Source of the DNA: an uncultured bacterium
GTDB taxonomy: Bacteria > Krumholzibacteriota > Krumholzibacteriia > LZORAL124-64-63
Assembly (NCBI GenBank): GCA_963727525.1
Contig: CAVSGO010000003.1
Coordinates: 32,001 to 96,000 of the forward strand
Length of the DNA stretch: 64,000 nt
Direction of reading: 5' to 3'
The notes under the pieces were generated by a model. It searched no databases. It saw only the letters and a list, made by a program, of their open reading frames with translations, and was not told the DNA's origin. Below, piece by piece: positions 51,317-62,525 of the stretch (position 1 is the stretch's first letter; each line of letters opens with the position of its first letter). Both the position numbers and the translations under genes were made by a program.

Positions 51317-53317
51317 CTAGACCTCGATCTCGTCCCGCAGATCGAGATTGGCGAAGTCGTCGTCCTCCAGGGGGATGACGGTGCGCTCGGACTTCGGGAC
51401 CGGCTTGGCGGACGCCGAGGCGGGCCTGGCCCGAGTGAACGACCTCGCCGCCATCGCCTTGCTCGCAACCTTCGGTGGAGTGGCCACGAGGTACGTGCTC
51501 ATCCGCGCGTCGGTACCACCTACCATGGTCTCCAGGCGACGTACCATGCTGCTGAGTTCCTCGGCCTGGCTCGACAGCTCCTCGCTCGCGGAGGCTGATT
51601 CCTCGGCATTCGCGGCATTCGACTGCGTGATGTGATCGAGCTGGCCCACGGCCTCGTTGATCTGATCGATGCCTTGCGCCTGCTCGTTGCTGGCGGCGGA
51701 GATGCCCGCCACGAGGGCGTACACCTCGCCGGCGGCGGAGCCGATCTCCGCGAGCGCCTCACCCACCTCGCGCGTGATCACCACGCCGTTATCCGCGTTG
51801 TGCACCGACTCCTCGATCATCTCGGCGGTGTTCTTGGCGGCCTCGGCCGAGCGCTGTGCGAGGTTGCGCACCTCCTCGGCCACCACGGCGAAGCCCTTGC
51901 CGGCCTCGCCGGCGCGCGCGGCCTCGACGGCCGCGTTGAGCGCGAGCAGGTTGGTCTGGAACGCGATCTCGTCGATGGTCTTGATGATGCGCGCGGTGGA
52001 GTCGCTGGACTGCTTGATGTCGTCGATGGCCTGGTTCATGCGTGCCATCGAGGCCACGCCGCGATCGGCGCTCTCCTTGGTGCGGCTCGCCAGTTCGTTG
52101 GCTCGCTTCGCATTCTCGGCGTTCTGGCGGGTCATCGCGGCCATCTCCTCGACGCTGCTCGACGTTTCCTCGATGGCGGCCGCCTGGCGACTGGCGCCAT
52201 CGGCGAGGGAGACGCTCGCCGAGGATACCTGCGCCGCGGCACTGGCCGTCTGCTGCGAGCCGGCCGTGAGACCCTCGATGATGCGGCGCAGCGGCTTCGT
52301 GATCGACCGCGTGATGAGTATGGTCATCGCCAGGCCCAGCACGATGCACACGGCCAGGCCGATGAGCATGACGGTCGACGATGCCGCGAGTCGGTTCGCC
52401 GCCGATTCGGCGATGCGGTGGGTCCCCTCGATGCCGGCGGTGGCCGTGTTCTGAGCCTGGGTCAGCACCTCGTCGCCGGCCACGGTGCGCTGCTCCGACA
52501 CGGTCTGCAGCGCGAGCCAGTTGGCGAGCAAGTCGTTCATGCTCTTCTTGTACGTGTTCGCCGCCTGCTCGGTGGCGTCGATCCGGGCCTGGCCGGCACT
52601 CTGCTTCGTGAGTACGCGCAGAACGTCGAACCTGGTGGACATGGCGTCGAAATTCGGGTTGGCGTTGCGGATCAGCTCGGGATCGCGCGCGGCCTGACTC
52701 TTGAAGCAGGCGATGCGCGTGGCGTTGCCGATGTCGATGATCTCGTTGACGACGGTGATCTTCTGCAGTCGTTCCTGGAGGGTGACGGCGCCGGCGCCGC
52801 TGGTGATCTCGCTGTCCATCGATGCATTCTGGCTCGCCAGGAAATCGTTGCAATTCTGCATGTAGGCGGCCGCGGCCTCGTCGAGGGACTTGCGGTCGTC
52901 GGCGAGCTTGTTGGTGATCGCGGCCGTCTGGTCGACGAGGTCGCGATAGCTGTCGAGCGCCTTGCGCGTCGCGGCGACGGCCGGGCCCAGCTTCACGAGG
53001 TGCTCGGCTCGGTCCGAGAGTGCGCCGCACTGCTGCAGATAGTCGGTCACCTCGTCGAGGTGCTTCTGGCCTTTCTCGAGGTACTGGTGCTCCTCGCTCA
53101 GAGCGTAGCCGCGCATCTCGTACATGGTGAAGAAGGCGTTGCGTTCGACCTGGTTGCACAGGTCCACCTCGGGCACGTACTCCTTGGCGAGCGTCTGCGA
53201 GTCTCCCTTCACGCCGTTCATGTTGACGACACCGAGGGTGCCCAGGAACAGCGCGAGAACGAGCAGGGACGCGAAACCGAGGCTGATCTTCGTCCCGAGC
53301 TTCATCGAGCGGAACAT
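51317..53317 (-). CDS. Methyl-accepting chemotaxis protein with helical-bundle sensor
   Basis: Two TM helices; [34 protein letters not shown]. Confidence 0.93.
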   Translation of the reverse strand: MFRSMKLGTKISLGFASLLVLALFLGTLGVVNMNGVKGDSQTLAKEYVPEVDLCNQVERNAFFTMYEMRGYALSEEHQYLEKGQKHLDEVTDYLQQCGALSDRAEHLVKLGPAVAATRKALDSYRDLVDQTAAITNKLADDRKSLDEAAAAYMQNCNDFLASQNASMDSEITSGAGAVTLQERLQKITVVNEIIDIGNATRIACFKSQAARDPELIRNANPNFDAMSTRFDVLRVLTKQSAGQARIDATEQAANTYKKSMNDLLANWLALQTVSEQRTVAGDEVLTQAQNTATAGIEGTHRIAESAANRLAASSTVMLIGLAVCIVLGLAMTILITRSITKPLRRIIEGLTAGSQQTASAAAQVSSASVSLADGASRQAAAIEETSSSVEEMAAMTRQNAENAKRANELASRTKESADRGVASMARMNQAIDDIKQSSDSTARIIKTIDEIAFQTNLLALNAAVEAARAGEAGKGFAVVAEEVRNLAQRSAEAAKNTAEMIEESVHNADNGVVITREVGEALAEIGSAAGEVYALVAGISAASNEQAQGIDQINEAVGQLDHITQSNAANAEESASASEELSSQAEELSSMVRRLETMVGGTDARMSTYLVATPPKVASKAMAARSFTRARPASASAKPVPKSERTVIPLEDDDFANLDLRDEIEV

Positions 53318-53436
53318 TGTCGACGTCCTTCCTGCGGCTACGCCTTCGAGGCCGCCCTCATGATTGCTACGATTCCGCGGGACCTTTCACGGGACGCCAG
53401 GTGCGCAGCGCCCCCGTGTCCGCTTCGCAGGCCCAA

Positions 53437-53463
53437 GGATCGGTTTATGCTGATTTGGCTTTA
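53437..53463 (-). promoter_or_regulatory. sigma28-like promoter
   Basis: Minus-strand TAAA-N15-ACCGATCC upstream of the MCP. Confidence 0.55.
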
Positions 53464-53540
53464 ACAATTAAGGGCACCACTTATTGTGTCGGAGATACGT
53501 CGGGTGATGGCGCGGTCAGTTATTTCTGTAACATGTTTTA

Positions 53541-55544
53541 TTATTTATAGTTATAAAGACCGAGAACCCGTTGCCGATCGGCCTCACGGTTCGTCTCGGC
53601 ATACAGATCGCTCGCCCTTCGCCACAGTTCCCGTGCCCGGGCGGTGTGGCCGAGGGCGGCCTCGTGGATGCCGAGATACTCGCAGGCATGGGCTTCGAGG
53701 ATCCTGTCAGGCTGGCGGGGAAACGCCGCGAGATGGTCAGCGAGGGCGGCGACACCCGTGGCATGGTCGGCCGTGTGCAGGCAGATCCAGGCCAGGTTGG
53801 TGCGCGCCGTCAGTATCCGGTCGATCCGATCGAGGTCGGGCCGACGTTGCGCGTCGGCGAAAGCGATGGCGCGCCGAAGAGCCGACTCGGCCGCATCGTA
53901 GTCGCCGTCGCGGCAAAGCCAGAGCGCGAGCTCGTCGCCGGCGGCGACCACGGCGATCGGGTCGTTCGTCGTCTTTGCCGTCGCTAGCGCGGTGCGTGCC
54001 TGCTGGGCCCTGGCGTCGACGCCCAGGTTGGCGCTGCTCACGCTGCGGTCGAGGCGATACACGATGTCCGACTCGTCAGTGTGGGCCACGGTGACGCCTG
54101 CCAGCCGTTCGAGGTGGCCGAGATCGAAGGCCGTGTCGGCGTACTCGCGTTCGATCGGGCCCACGACGATGAAATCGACACCGCGCGCAACGGCGTGCTG
54201 AAGGAAAGGCCGCGCGGCGAGGCGGCGCGCCGGGTACGGCCGCCAGTCGACTCCGGCATGAAACGCTGCGTGCGCCTTGCGCGCCATGACGACCGGCCGC
54301 GTCCCGCCGGGCCACTGCGCGTCGATGCGCTTGAGGAAGGCGATCGTGCCGCGCAGATGCAGGGGTTGCTGACTCCGGTAGAATCTCACCGCAGCGACGG
54401 ATTGCGGTAAGGCCGCTGCCACCAGCGCGGCCACGACGAACCACCCGGCCACATGACCGGCTCGAGCGCGCACGGCAAGCGCGCGCCGCAGCCACGCCGG
54501 TGCGTGCGGCGGTGCCTCGCCCACGAGCAACCACGCCGTGACCAGGGCCGTCACCGGCACGAAGGGCAGACCGAAGCGCGGCACGAAGAACACCAGTGCC
54601 AGGGCTGCGAGGTAGAGCAGGCCCCAGGACATGAGCGCGGCGATGCGCCACGCCGGTCGAACGACGAGCAGAATGACGATGGCCACGGCCGCCATGATGG
54701 CGGATGGCCAGGTGACGACGTGGTGAGCGATGAGAGCGAGGTGTCCGGGCAGGTTGCCCAGGTAGTGCAGGATGGCGCTCGCGGTGCCGCCGAGCCCGGC
54801 GTACTCGCGGGTGATGTTCGCACGATTCCGGGTCGCCAGAAGCGAGCCGGTCTGCACGAGGTTGAGCGCGAACCAGGGACCGGCGAGCACCAGGAAACCA
54901 GCGGCGATCGTTCCGACTTCGTGCGGCCGTCGCGCGCGCGAGGGCGCGCCCGGGCGCCACCACGCGACGCCGGCCACCCACACGGGCAGCACGGCGCCGA
55001 TGTACCGGGTGAGAAACGCCGCGCCGCTCAGCAGTCCTGCCAGGAGCCAGCGCCGCGCGCGCACGGGCTCACGGTCGAGCGTGGCGGCCAGCGTGGCGGT
55101 GACGAGGCCGAGGAAGAGGGCATCCGACGACGCCTTGTGCGCCTGGACGAACACGAGGTAGCAGCCGGCCACGAGCAGCGCCGCTGCGAGCGCCATGTGC
55201 GAGCCGCCGAACACGAACCCTAGCCGCCCCGTGGCCAGGAGGGCGAGCGCGGTGCCCAGCAGGCTCACCAGCACGGCGCAGCGGTACCAGCCCACGTCGA
55301 ACTGATGCAACGCTCCGTGCAACAGCGCGACCAGCGCCGGTTCGAGCGGGCCCTTGTACGGGTGGTTGGCCACCAACCACTCGCCCGCCGCGATGTGCTG
55401 CGCGGCTGGGCCCAGCTCGGCGAAGAAGTCCGCTTCGACGTCGAGGTCGCCGATCGGGAAGATCCGCAACGACACAACGAGACCGAGCGCCGCGTAGCCG
55501 AGCGCTATCACGATCAGGACGATCGCCGTGGCGCGGCTCGTCAT
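53541..55544 (-). CDS. ArnT/PMT-like (GT-C) membrane glycosyltransferase with TPR-like tail
   Basis: Many TM helices, DVEADFF loop, SSDALF, LAGLLSGAAFLTRY, VPRFGLP. Confidence 0.7.
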   Translation of the reverse strand: MTSRATAIVLIVIALGYAALGLVVSLRIFPIGDLDVEADFFAELGPAAQHIAAGEWLVANHPYKGPLEPALVALLHGALHQFDVGWYRCAVLVSLLGTALALLATGRLGFVFGGSHMALAAALLVAGCYLVFVQAHKASSDALFLGLVTATLAATLDREPVRARRWLLAGLLSGAAFLTRYIGAVLPVWVAGVAWWRPGAPSRARRPHEVGTIAAGFLVLAGPWFALNLVQTGSLLATRNRANITREYAGLGGTASAILHYLGNLPGHLALIAHHVVTWPSAIMAAVAIVILLVVRPAWRIAALMSWGLLYLAALALVFFVPRFGLPFVPVTALVTAWLLVGEAPPHAPAWLRRALAVRARAGHVAGWFVVAALVAAALPQSVAAVRFYRSQQPLHLRGTIAFLKRIDAQWPGGTRPVVMARKAHAAFHAGVDWRPYPARRLAARPFLQHAVARGVDFIVVGPIEREYADTAFDLGHLERLAGVTVAHTDESDIVYRLDRSVSSANLGVDARAQQARTALATAKTTNDPIAVVAAGDELALWLCRDGDYDAAESALRRAIAFADAQRRPDLDRIDRILTARTNLAWICLHTADHATGVAALADHLAAFPRQPDRILEAHACEYLGIHEAALGHTARARELWRRASDLYAETNREADRQRVLGLYNYK

Positions 55545-55551
55545 GGCGAGA

Positions 55552-58296
55552 TCAGGCCCCTCCCTCGGGCGGCGACACCACCGTCACCTCGCCGACATTC
55601 AGGGCGCGCAGGTCGTCCTCGATCTTCGCGCGATCGCCCACGATGACGAACACGAGATCGTCGGGGCGGATGTACTGCGCGGCGAGGCGGCGCATGTCCT
55701 GCGCCGTGCAGGCGCGCACGCGCGCGTCGTAGGCCTGCCAGTCGTCGAGGGGGAGGCCGCTGGTGAGCAGGTTGCCCATCTGTCGGCAGATGCCCTGGTA
55801 GGTCTCGAAATTCTGCGGAAAGCCCATGACGAGCTGGTTCTCGCAGTCGGCCAGCTCGTCGCCTTGTAGCGGGCGCGGACCGCAGATGTCGGCGAACTCC
55901 TTGAGGATCTCGGTGATCGACGCGGCCGTCGACGGCGTCTGCACCTGGGTGGATACGCCGATGGCTCCACCGTCGTGGGACGTCATGACCATGGTGCGTG
56001 CGCCGTAGGTGTAGCCCTTGTCCTCGCGCAGATTCATGTTGATGCGCGAGGCGAACTGGCCGCCGAGGGCTGTGTTCAGCACCTCGAGCGGCAACTCGTC
56101 CGGGTCGCCGGCCGAAATGCCGGGATAGCCGCCCACGATCGCGCTCTGCTCGGCCCCCGGTCGATCGACCAGGAAGATGCGCGCGCTACGATCGGGACGA
56201 GGCGCGGGCACGGTAACCGGCGCCACGGTGCCACGGGCCCAGTCGCCGAAGACGCGCTCGGCCGCGGCCTTCGCCTCGGAGAGCGTGAGATCGCCCGTGA
56301 TGCACAGCGCGGCGTTGTTGGACACGAAGTGCGCGGCGTGGAACTGCGCGATGTCGTTGCGCGTGAGCGCGTTCAGTCCCTCGGGCGTGCCCGTGCCGCT
56401 CATGGGCTGCGCGTAAGGGTGGCCGGCGCCGAAGATCTTCTCCTGCAGCAGCGCCATGCCCACCGATGTGGGGCGCTGCGATGCCTGCTTGATGCGGCCG
56501 AGGGCGAGCTTGCGCTGGCGCGCGAACTCGTCGTCGGGGAAGACGGGCTCGCGTACCATCTCACCGATGAGTGCGAGACCGTCGTCGAGGTGGCTGCGCA
56601 GCAGGTCCGTGCTGACGAAGGTGCCGTCGAAGGTGCTGTGCGTGCGGATCTCGGCGCCGAGCGCGCGGGCCGCGTTCTCGAGACCGACCGCGTCGTGCTC
56701 ACGGGTGCCTTCGTCGAGGAGGTTGGCTGTCATGGCCGCGGTGCCCGGGCGGTCGGCGGGATCGGCGGCCCAGCCCGTGCGCACGGCGAGCGACACGCCC
56801 ACCAGCGGCAGACCCGTGCGGTGCACCAGGCATACCTGCAGGCCGTTGGCCAGCGTGGTGGTCTCGATCGCGGGCGGTGTGAAGGCGAGGGGTCCCCCAC
56901 TGCCCGGAAGCTGCGTGCGATCGGCCGCATCGTCCGGTGCTGCGAGCGTGCCCTGGGGCACCACGTCGATGACGACGCGGTCGTGCGGCGGGAGGTAACG
57001 GCGGGCGAAGTCGCGCACCGCGTCCGGGGTGACGCTGCGGTAGCGCGCCATGTCCTGTGCCAGGTCATCGGGCGTGCCGGCGAAGGTGGCGTACTCGTTG
57101 AGCAGATCGGCGATGCCACCGAAACCGCCCTCGCGCTGGAGGCGCCGCACGAACTGGGTCTCGTACGTGGCCTGTGCCAGCGCCACCTCGTCCTTCGTGA
57201 CACCCTTGTCGCGCACACGGTCCAGCTCGGCGTCGACGGCGGCCTCGATGGTGTCGAGGCTCACCCCCGGCCGTGCTGTCACCTGGATGGAGAACATGCC
57301 GCTCATCTCGTTCGACGACTGGTACGCGCGCACGTCCTGCGCCAGCTCGCGGTCGTGCACGAGCGTGCGGTACAGGCGCGAGTTCTTGCCGTCGGCGAGG
57401 ATGGTCGCGAGAAGATCCAGTTCGGCCTCGCCCGGCTGGAAGTAACCCGGGGAATGCCAGGTGAGAGAGAGGCGTGCCAGCTCCACCCTGTCCTCGGCCA
57501 CGGCGCGGCGCTCGCCATCGAGCCGGGGCTGCCAGTCTTCGAGGCGCTGCACAGGCTGGCCGGGCGGAATCGGTCCGAAGTACTTCTCGACGAGTGCGCG
57601 CGCCTGCGTGGGGTCGAAGTCGCCGGCGATGCATAGCGAGGCGTTGTTGGGCGCGTAGTAGAGGCGGAAGAAGTCCTTCACGTCGTCCAGCGACGCAGCC
57701 GACAGATCGTCCATGCTGCCGATCACGGTCCAGCGGTACGGGTGTCCCTCGGGATACATGAGTTGCTGGCGCAGCTCACGCACCACGGCATAGGGCCGGT
57801 TCTCGCCTTGCCGCTTCTCGTTCTTCACGACATCGCGCTGGTTGTCCAGACGCTCCTGCGTCATCGAGGGCAGGAGCCAGCCCATGCGGTCGGACTCGAG
57901 CCACAGCGCCAGCTCGAGCTGGTCGCTTGGCACGTTCTCCCAGTAGTTCGTGCGATCCTCGGTGGTGGAGCCGTTGACGCGACCGCCCACCTTCTGCAGC
58001 GGCAGGAAGTAGTCGGTGTCGTGATGCTCCGAGCCCTGGAACATCATGTGCTCGAAGAGATGCGCGAAGCCGGTACGCCCCGGCTTCTCGTTCTTCGAGC
58101 CGACGTGATACCACACGTTCACCGCCACGACGGGCAGGGTGTGGTCCTCGTGGAGGATCACGTTCAGTCCGTTGGGCAGGGTGAACGACGCGATCGCGAG
58201 TTCGGGGGCCTCGCCGCTCGTGGCGAACGCGGGCAGGGCGACGAGGCAGAACAGACCCAGGATCGACGCCGGGCGCCGCAATGACACGTGATTCAC
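55552..58296 (-). CDS. M16 family zinc peptidase
   Basis: TGFAHLFEHMMFQGS inverted zinc motif, LALWLESDRM, SRINMNLREDKGYTYG; GTG start with AGGAGG and a signal peptide. Confidence 0.93.
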   Translation of the reverse strand: MNHVSLRRPASILGLFCLVALPAFATSGEAPELAIASFTLPNGLNVILHEDHTLPVVAVNVWYHVGSKNEKPGRTGFAHLFEHMMFQGSEHHDTDYFLPLQKVGGRVNGSTTEDRTNYWENVPSDQLELALWLESDRMGWLLPSMTQERLDNQRDVVKNEKRQGENRPYAVVRELRQQLMYPEGHPYRWTVIGSMDDLSAASLDDVKDFFRLYYAPNNASLCIAGDFDPTQARALVEKYFGPIPPGQPVQRLEDWQPRLDGERRAVAEDRVELARLSLTWHSPGYFQPGEAELDLLATILADGKNSRLYRTLVHDRELAQDVRAYQSSNEMSGMFSIQVTARPGVSLDTIEAAVDAELDRVRDKGVTKDEVALAQATYETQFVRRLQREGGFGGIADLLNEYATFAGTPDDLAQDMARYRSVTPDAVRDFARRYLPPHDRVVIDVVPQGTLAAPDDAADRTQLPGSGGPLAFTPPAIETTTLANGLQVCLVHRTGLPLVGVSLAVRTGWAADPADRPGTAAMTANLLDEGTREHDAVGLENAARALGAEIRTHSTFDGTFVSTDLLRSHLDDGLALIGEMVREPVFPDDEFARQRKLALGRIKQASQRPTSVGMALLQEKIFGAGHPYAQPMSGTGTPEGLNALTRNDIAQFHAAHFVSNNAALCITGDLTLSEAKAAAERVFGDWARGTVAPVTVPAPRPDRSARIFLVDRPGAEQSAIVGGYPGISAGDPDELPLEVLNTALGGQFASRINMNLREDKGYTYGARTMVMTSHDGGAIGVSTQVQTPSTAASITEILKEFADICGPRPLQGDELADCENQLVMGFPQNFETYQGICRQMGNLLTSGLPLDDWQAYDARVRACTAQDMRRLAAQYIRPDDLVFVIVGDRAKIEDDLRALNVGEVTVVSPPEGGA

Positions 58297-58412
58297 CGGG
58301 ATTCCTCCTGCTGGCATGGGCATGGGCGAGAGGGGTCGAGGATACGTCCCGGTGGGGGGTCGGTTCCACCGAAATACGGCCGTGGGTGGCGGTGCCCCCT
58401 GGTTGTTCCTAT

Positions 58413-58432
58413 AATTCGCCAACTAACGAAAT
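58413..58432 (+). promoter_or_regulatory. ArsR-type operator
   Basis: TTCG-N8-CGAA palindrome just after TATAAT, upstream of arsR. Confidence 0.5.
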
Positions 58433-58443
58433 GAGAGGTCGCC

Positions 58444-58797
58444 ATGCGTACGTTCGTGGATACCGCCCGGGCCCTGTCCGACCCCAGCCGCGTCCGCATT
58501 CTCTGCGCCCTGCGGGGCAAGGAGCTGTGTGTCTGCCAGATCGTCGATCTGCTTGGCCTGGCGATGTCGACGGTGTCGAAGCACATGGCGATCCTTCGCC
58601 AGGCCGACCTCGTGGAGTCGCGCAAGGACGGACGCTGGGTGTACTACCGTCGTACGCCGTCGCAGACCAGGAGCGTGGCTTCGAGCGCCATGGACTGGTG
58701 CGACGCGTCTCTGGCGGGAGACGCCCAGTTGCGGGACGACGCCGCCCGGTTGAAGCGGATCCTGAAGACCCCCGTCACGGAGCTGTGCCGAACATGA
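58444..58797 (+). CDS. arsR: ArsR family regulator
   Basis: ALSDPSRVRIL, ELCVCQI, STVSKHM, RKDGRWVYY. Confidence 0.92.
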   Translation: MRTFVDTARALSDPSRVRILCALRGKELCVCQIVDLLGLAMSTVSKHMAILRQADLVESRKDGRWVYYRRTPSQTRSVASSAMDWCDASLAGDAQLRDDAARLKRILKTPVTELCRT

Positions 58798-59252
58798 AGG
58801 ACAGGATCCGCGTGCTCTTTCTCTGCACGGGAAACTCGTGCCGCAGCCAGATGGCCGAGGGCTGGGCCCGTCATCTGTGGGGCCACGCGCTCGATCCCTC
58901 CTCGGCCGGTATCGCCACCCATGGCCTGAACCCCCGCGCCGTGGCCGCGATGGCGGAGGCCGGCGTGGACATCTCGCACCAGCATTCCAAGCATCTCGAC
59001 GAGCTGGCGGGCAAGGCGTTCGACGTCGTGATCACGGTCTGCGCCCACGCGCACGAGGCGTGTCCGGTGTTCCCGGGGCCCGCGCGCGTGATCCACGTGG
59101 GCTTCGATGATCCGCCCGCCCTGGCCGCAAACGCCGCGAGCGAGGTGGAGGCCATGGCGCCTTATCGCCGCGTGCGCGACGAGATCCGCGCCTTCGTGGA
59201 GACATTGCCCGAGGCCCTCGGCGTACCAGGAGGAGATTCCGATGGCGACTGA
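58794..59252 (+). CDS. arsC: Arsenate reductase, LMW-PTP/thioredoxin type
   Basis: [19 protein letters not shown]...ACPVFP, FDDP. Confidence 0.93.
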   Translation: MKDRIRVLFLCTGNSCRSQMAEGWARHLWGHALDPSSAGIATHGLNPRAVAAMAEAGVDISHQHSKHLDELAGKAFDVVITVCAHAHEACPVFPGPARVIHVGFDDPPALAANAASEVEAMAPYRRVRDEIRAFVETLPEALGVPGGDSDGD

Positions 59253-60455
59253 AGCGTGCGTGACGAAGCAACCGGGTGGACTCGGCTTCTTCGAGCGCTA
59301 CCTTACCGTGTGGGTGTTGCTCTGCATCGCCGGCGGCATCGCGCTCGGCAAGGTCGCGCCCGGACTGGCGCGCAGCCTCGACGGCATGGCCGTGGTCGTG
59401 GACGGCGCCCCGGTGGTCTCCATTCCCATCGCCGTCTGCCTCTTCTTCATGATGTACCCGATCATGGTGAAGATCGATTTCGGCGAGGTGCTCTCGGCCG
59501 GGCGCGCCGTGAAGCCCGTGGCGCTGACCCTCGTCGTCAACTGGGCGATCAAGCCCTTCACGATGTTCGCCATCGCGCCTTCTTCCTCGGCGTGGTGTTC
59601 CGCGGCTTCATCGGCCCCGATGCCATCGACCTGGTGAAGTTGCCGCTCGGACTCGATCTCCCGGTGGGTGCGACCTACGGATCGGGCACGGTGGTGCTCC
59701 ACGACGGGCTCCGGATGCTCTCGGTGCCTCTCTGGCGGAGCTATCTGGCCGGCTGCATCCTGCTGGGCATCGCCCCGTGCACCGCCATGGTGCTCGTATG
59801 GGGTTACCTCGCGCGCGGCAACGACGGCCACACGCTGGTGATGGTCGCCATCAACTCGCTCACGATGCTCGTGCTCTACGGCGTGCTGGGCGGATTCCTG
59901 CTGGGCGTGGGGCGGCTTCCGGTGCCGTGGCAGGCGCTGGTCCTGTCGATCGCCGTGTACGTGGCGCTGCCGCTGGTCGCCGGGTACCTGTCGCGCCGCG
60001 CGATCGTCGCCACCAGGGGTGAGGCCTGGTTCCAGGCACGCTTCCTTCCCCTGCTCACGCCGGTGACCATCGTGGCCCTGCTGATCACGCTGGTGCTGCT
60101 GTTCTCCTTCAAGGGAGAGGTCATTCTGAGCAATCCGCTGACGATCGTGTGGATCGCCATTCCGCTGTTCCTCCAGACCATACTCATCTTCGCCCTCACC
60201 TACGCCGCGGCGCGCTGGCTCGGCCTCGAGTACCGCGATGCGGCCCCTTCGGCGATGATCGGCGCGTCGAACCACTTCGAGGTGGCGATCGCCACCGCGG
60301 TGATGCTCTTCGGCCTGTCGTCGGGCGCGGCGCTGGCCACGGTGGTCGGGGTGCTCATCGAGGTGCCGGTGATGCTGATGCTCGTGAGCATCTGCAAGCG
60401 GACGGCAGGGTGGTTCCCGGTCGCTGGCGACGGTGCGGTCCGTAGCGGGCGCTGA
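59242..60455 (+). CDS. acr3: Acr3 arsenite efflux transporter, with one frameshift near 59577
   Basis: [25 protein letters not shown] in one frame; [26 protein letters not shown] in another. Confidence 0.88.
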
Positions 60456-60662
60456 CGTCGGAGTCGCCGATGTCGGCAGCGGCGGCCGGGAAGGCGTCCT
60501 TTGTTGCCGGAACCAATCTGGCCGCCGGCCAGTAAGACGGGATCCGGGCCAACGGACGGCAAGAAAGCAGTCTGTCCGAAGCCTGCCCCGCAGGCCGAAG
60601 ACCAAAATATCCGTATCTTGACGACCTCCGAAAGGCCCACCCGGCCACCTGCGATTGGAGCC

Positions 60663-61286
60663 ATGATGCGCATCGTCCTCACCATCCTCGCGGCCACCGT
60701 GCTGGTGGCCACCCTCGGCCAAGGAGCCCCTGCCATGAGCGAGACCACGCCCCAGCTGGAGACCGCCGTGCTTGGTGGAGGCTGTTTCTGGTGCATGGAG
60801 GCGGTCTTCGAGGAACTGAAGGGGGTGACCAAGGTTGTCGACGGTTACGCCGGCGGCACCGTGGCGGACCCGAGCTACAAGCAGGTGTGCACGGGCGACA
60901 CCGGGCACGCCGAGGCAGTGAAGGTGACGTTCGATCCCTCAGTGATCTCGTACGGCGAGTTGCTCACCGTGTTCTTCTCGGTGCACGACCCCACGTCGCT
61001 CAACCGCCAGGGGGCCGACGAGGGGACGCAGTATCGTTCGGTGATCTTCACGCAGAACGACGCGCAGAGGAAGACCGCCGAGGAGATCATCAAGGAACTG
61101 ACGGAAAAGAAGGTCTACGACAGGCCCATCGTCACCCAGGTGGTACCGCTGCCGGCGTTCTATCCCGCGGAGGACTACCACCAGGACTACTTCGCGAAGA
61201 ATCCCGACCAGGCTTACTGCCAGGTGGTCATCTCGCCGAAGGTACGCAAGTTTCGGCAGGAGTATCACGATCGCCTGAAGAAGTAG
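60663..61286 (+). CDS. msrA: Peptide methionine sulfoxide reductase A with signal-like N-terminus
   Basis: GGGCFWCME, GYAGG, TGHAE, GTQYRS, AEDYHQDY. Confidence 0.95.
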   Translation: MMRIVLTILAATVLVATLGQGAPAMSETTPQLETAVLGGGCFWCMEAVFEELKGVTKVVDGYAGGTVADPSYKQVCTGDTGHAEAVKVTFDPSVISYGELLTVFFSVHDPTSLNRQGADEGTQYRSVIFTQNDAQRKTAEEIIKELTEKKVYDRPIVTQVVPLPAFYPAEDYHQDYFAKNPDQAYCQVVISPKVRKFRQEYHDRLKK

Positions 61287-61308
61287 TCCGCGCGTCGCCC
61301 ATAGACTT

Positions 61309-61340
61309 CACCGGCCGCACCCCGAAAGGTGCGGCCGGTG
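61309..61340. terminator. Hairpin between convergent genes
   Basis: CACCGGCCGCACC-CCGAAA-GGTGCGGCCGGTG. Confidence 0.65.
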
Positions 61341-61358
61341 TGCGTCGGTGACGAGGAG

Positions 61359-62438
61359 TCAGCGGCCGCCTACGCGGCCCCCACCGCTACTGCCTCCACC
61401 GCCACCGGCATTGCCCGAGCCGTTGCCCATGCCGTGGCTCGTGTTTCCGGGACCCTGGCCGGCACCGCCGGGGTAGCCGGGGCTACCCGGTCCTGCGGAT
61501 GGGCCCAGCCCATGCCCGCCAGCGCCGGGCATGTCGGCCGGGCCCAGCCAGCCCGCGCGCAGCATCTGCTGCGCCATCTCCTGGGTGCCCAGCCCCCGGT
61601 TCAGGTCCTGGCGCACCTGCGTCATGATGTTGTCGAACTGTCCGGTGCGCGTGCGTGCCGCCGCCACGAGGGCCGTCATCTCGCGCATCTGCTGCGGAGA
61701 GAGGCCGAGTCCGAGCGCTTCGCCCACGAGGCCGACCGCGCCGTCGTGACTGGCGCCGCCGCCCACGAGGTTGGCGGCACATCCGCTGGCCGCCACGATG
61801 TCGTCGAGCGTGCACGTGTGGTCGCGCAGGCGCTCCTGGCCCTTGGTCTTCAGCTTCTCGAGGTCCCGGGCCGTGAGGCCGCCCCATACGTGCAGGGCCA
61901 CGTTGCCCGTGATGCCCGTGTGGGGATGCGGCGTCTCGCCGAGACCGGCGTCGGCCACCTCGTTGATGAAGTGGTTCGCCGTGCTGAGGCAGCCGACCAT
62001 GCGCTCAGCGGCCGCGATGATACGGTCAGGATCAACACCCTTGCGGCACCCCTCCTGGACCTTTGTCAGGACCAGATCGACCGGAAGCTCTGCAGCCAGC
62101 GCTGAGATGACCGTGGCTTGCGCCCGCAGAGCCTCCGGTCCGTCAAGGTGGGGTTGGTCGTCAAGCGGGAACAAGCCGACGAGCCGCTCCGGCGCGACCC
62201 CGGCCTGGAGGCATTGGCGCAGGTTCTCTTGCATCTGCTGACGGGTCGGTGCGTCGATGCCACCGGAATGCTCGATGCAGGTCGCGAGCCTCTGCGGCAA
62301 TGGCGTCTCGTTGGGGAGGAGCCCCGTCGCGTCATCGCTACCCTGGGCGCTGCCGGGAGCTGGCAACACCAGCAGGGTGAGTAGAAGCGACGCCAGAATC
62401 AACAGGACTCGATTCTTCGCCGCGATGGTGGAGCGCAT
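61359..62438 (-). CDS. Secreted helical hypothetical protein with Gly-rich tail
   Basis: Signal peptide, LPVDLVLTKVQEGCRKGV motif, RBS GAGGAG. Confidence 0.75.
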   Translation of the reverse strand: MRSTIAAKNRVLLILASLLLTLLVLPAPGSAQGSDDATGLLPNETPLPQRLATCIEHSGGIDAPTRQQMQENLRQCLQAGVAPERLVGLFPLDDQPHLDGPEALRAQATVISALAAELPVDLVLTKVQEGCRKGVDPDRIIAAAERMVGCLSTANHFINEVADAGLGETPHPHTGITGNVALHVWGGLTARDLEKLKTKGQERLRDHTCTLDDIVAASGCAANLVGGGASHDGAVGLVGEALGLGLSPQQMREMTALVAAARTRTGQFDNIMTQVRQDLNRGLGTQEMAQQMLRAGWLGPADMPGAGGHGLGPSAGPGSPGYPGGAGQGPGNTSHGMGNGSGNAGGGGGSSGGGRVGGR

Positions 62439-62525
62439 GATTCCTTCTCCTCGTCTCGCGATCGTGGCGGCCGGGGGCTCGGCCGGCGCGCCGTCACCCG
62501 ATGAGACGCCGCGCCGCGTATCCGG

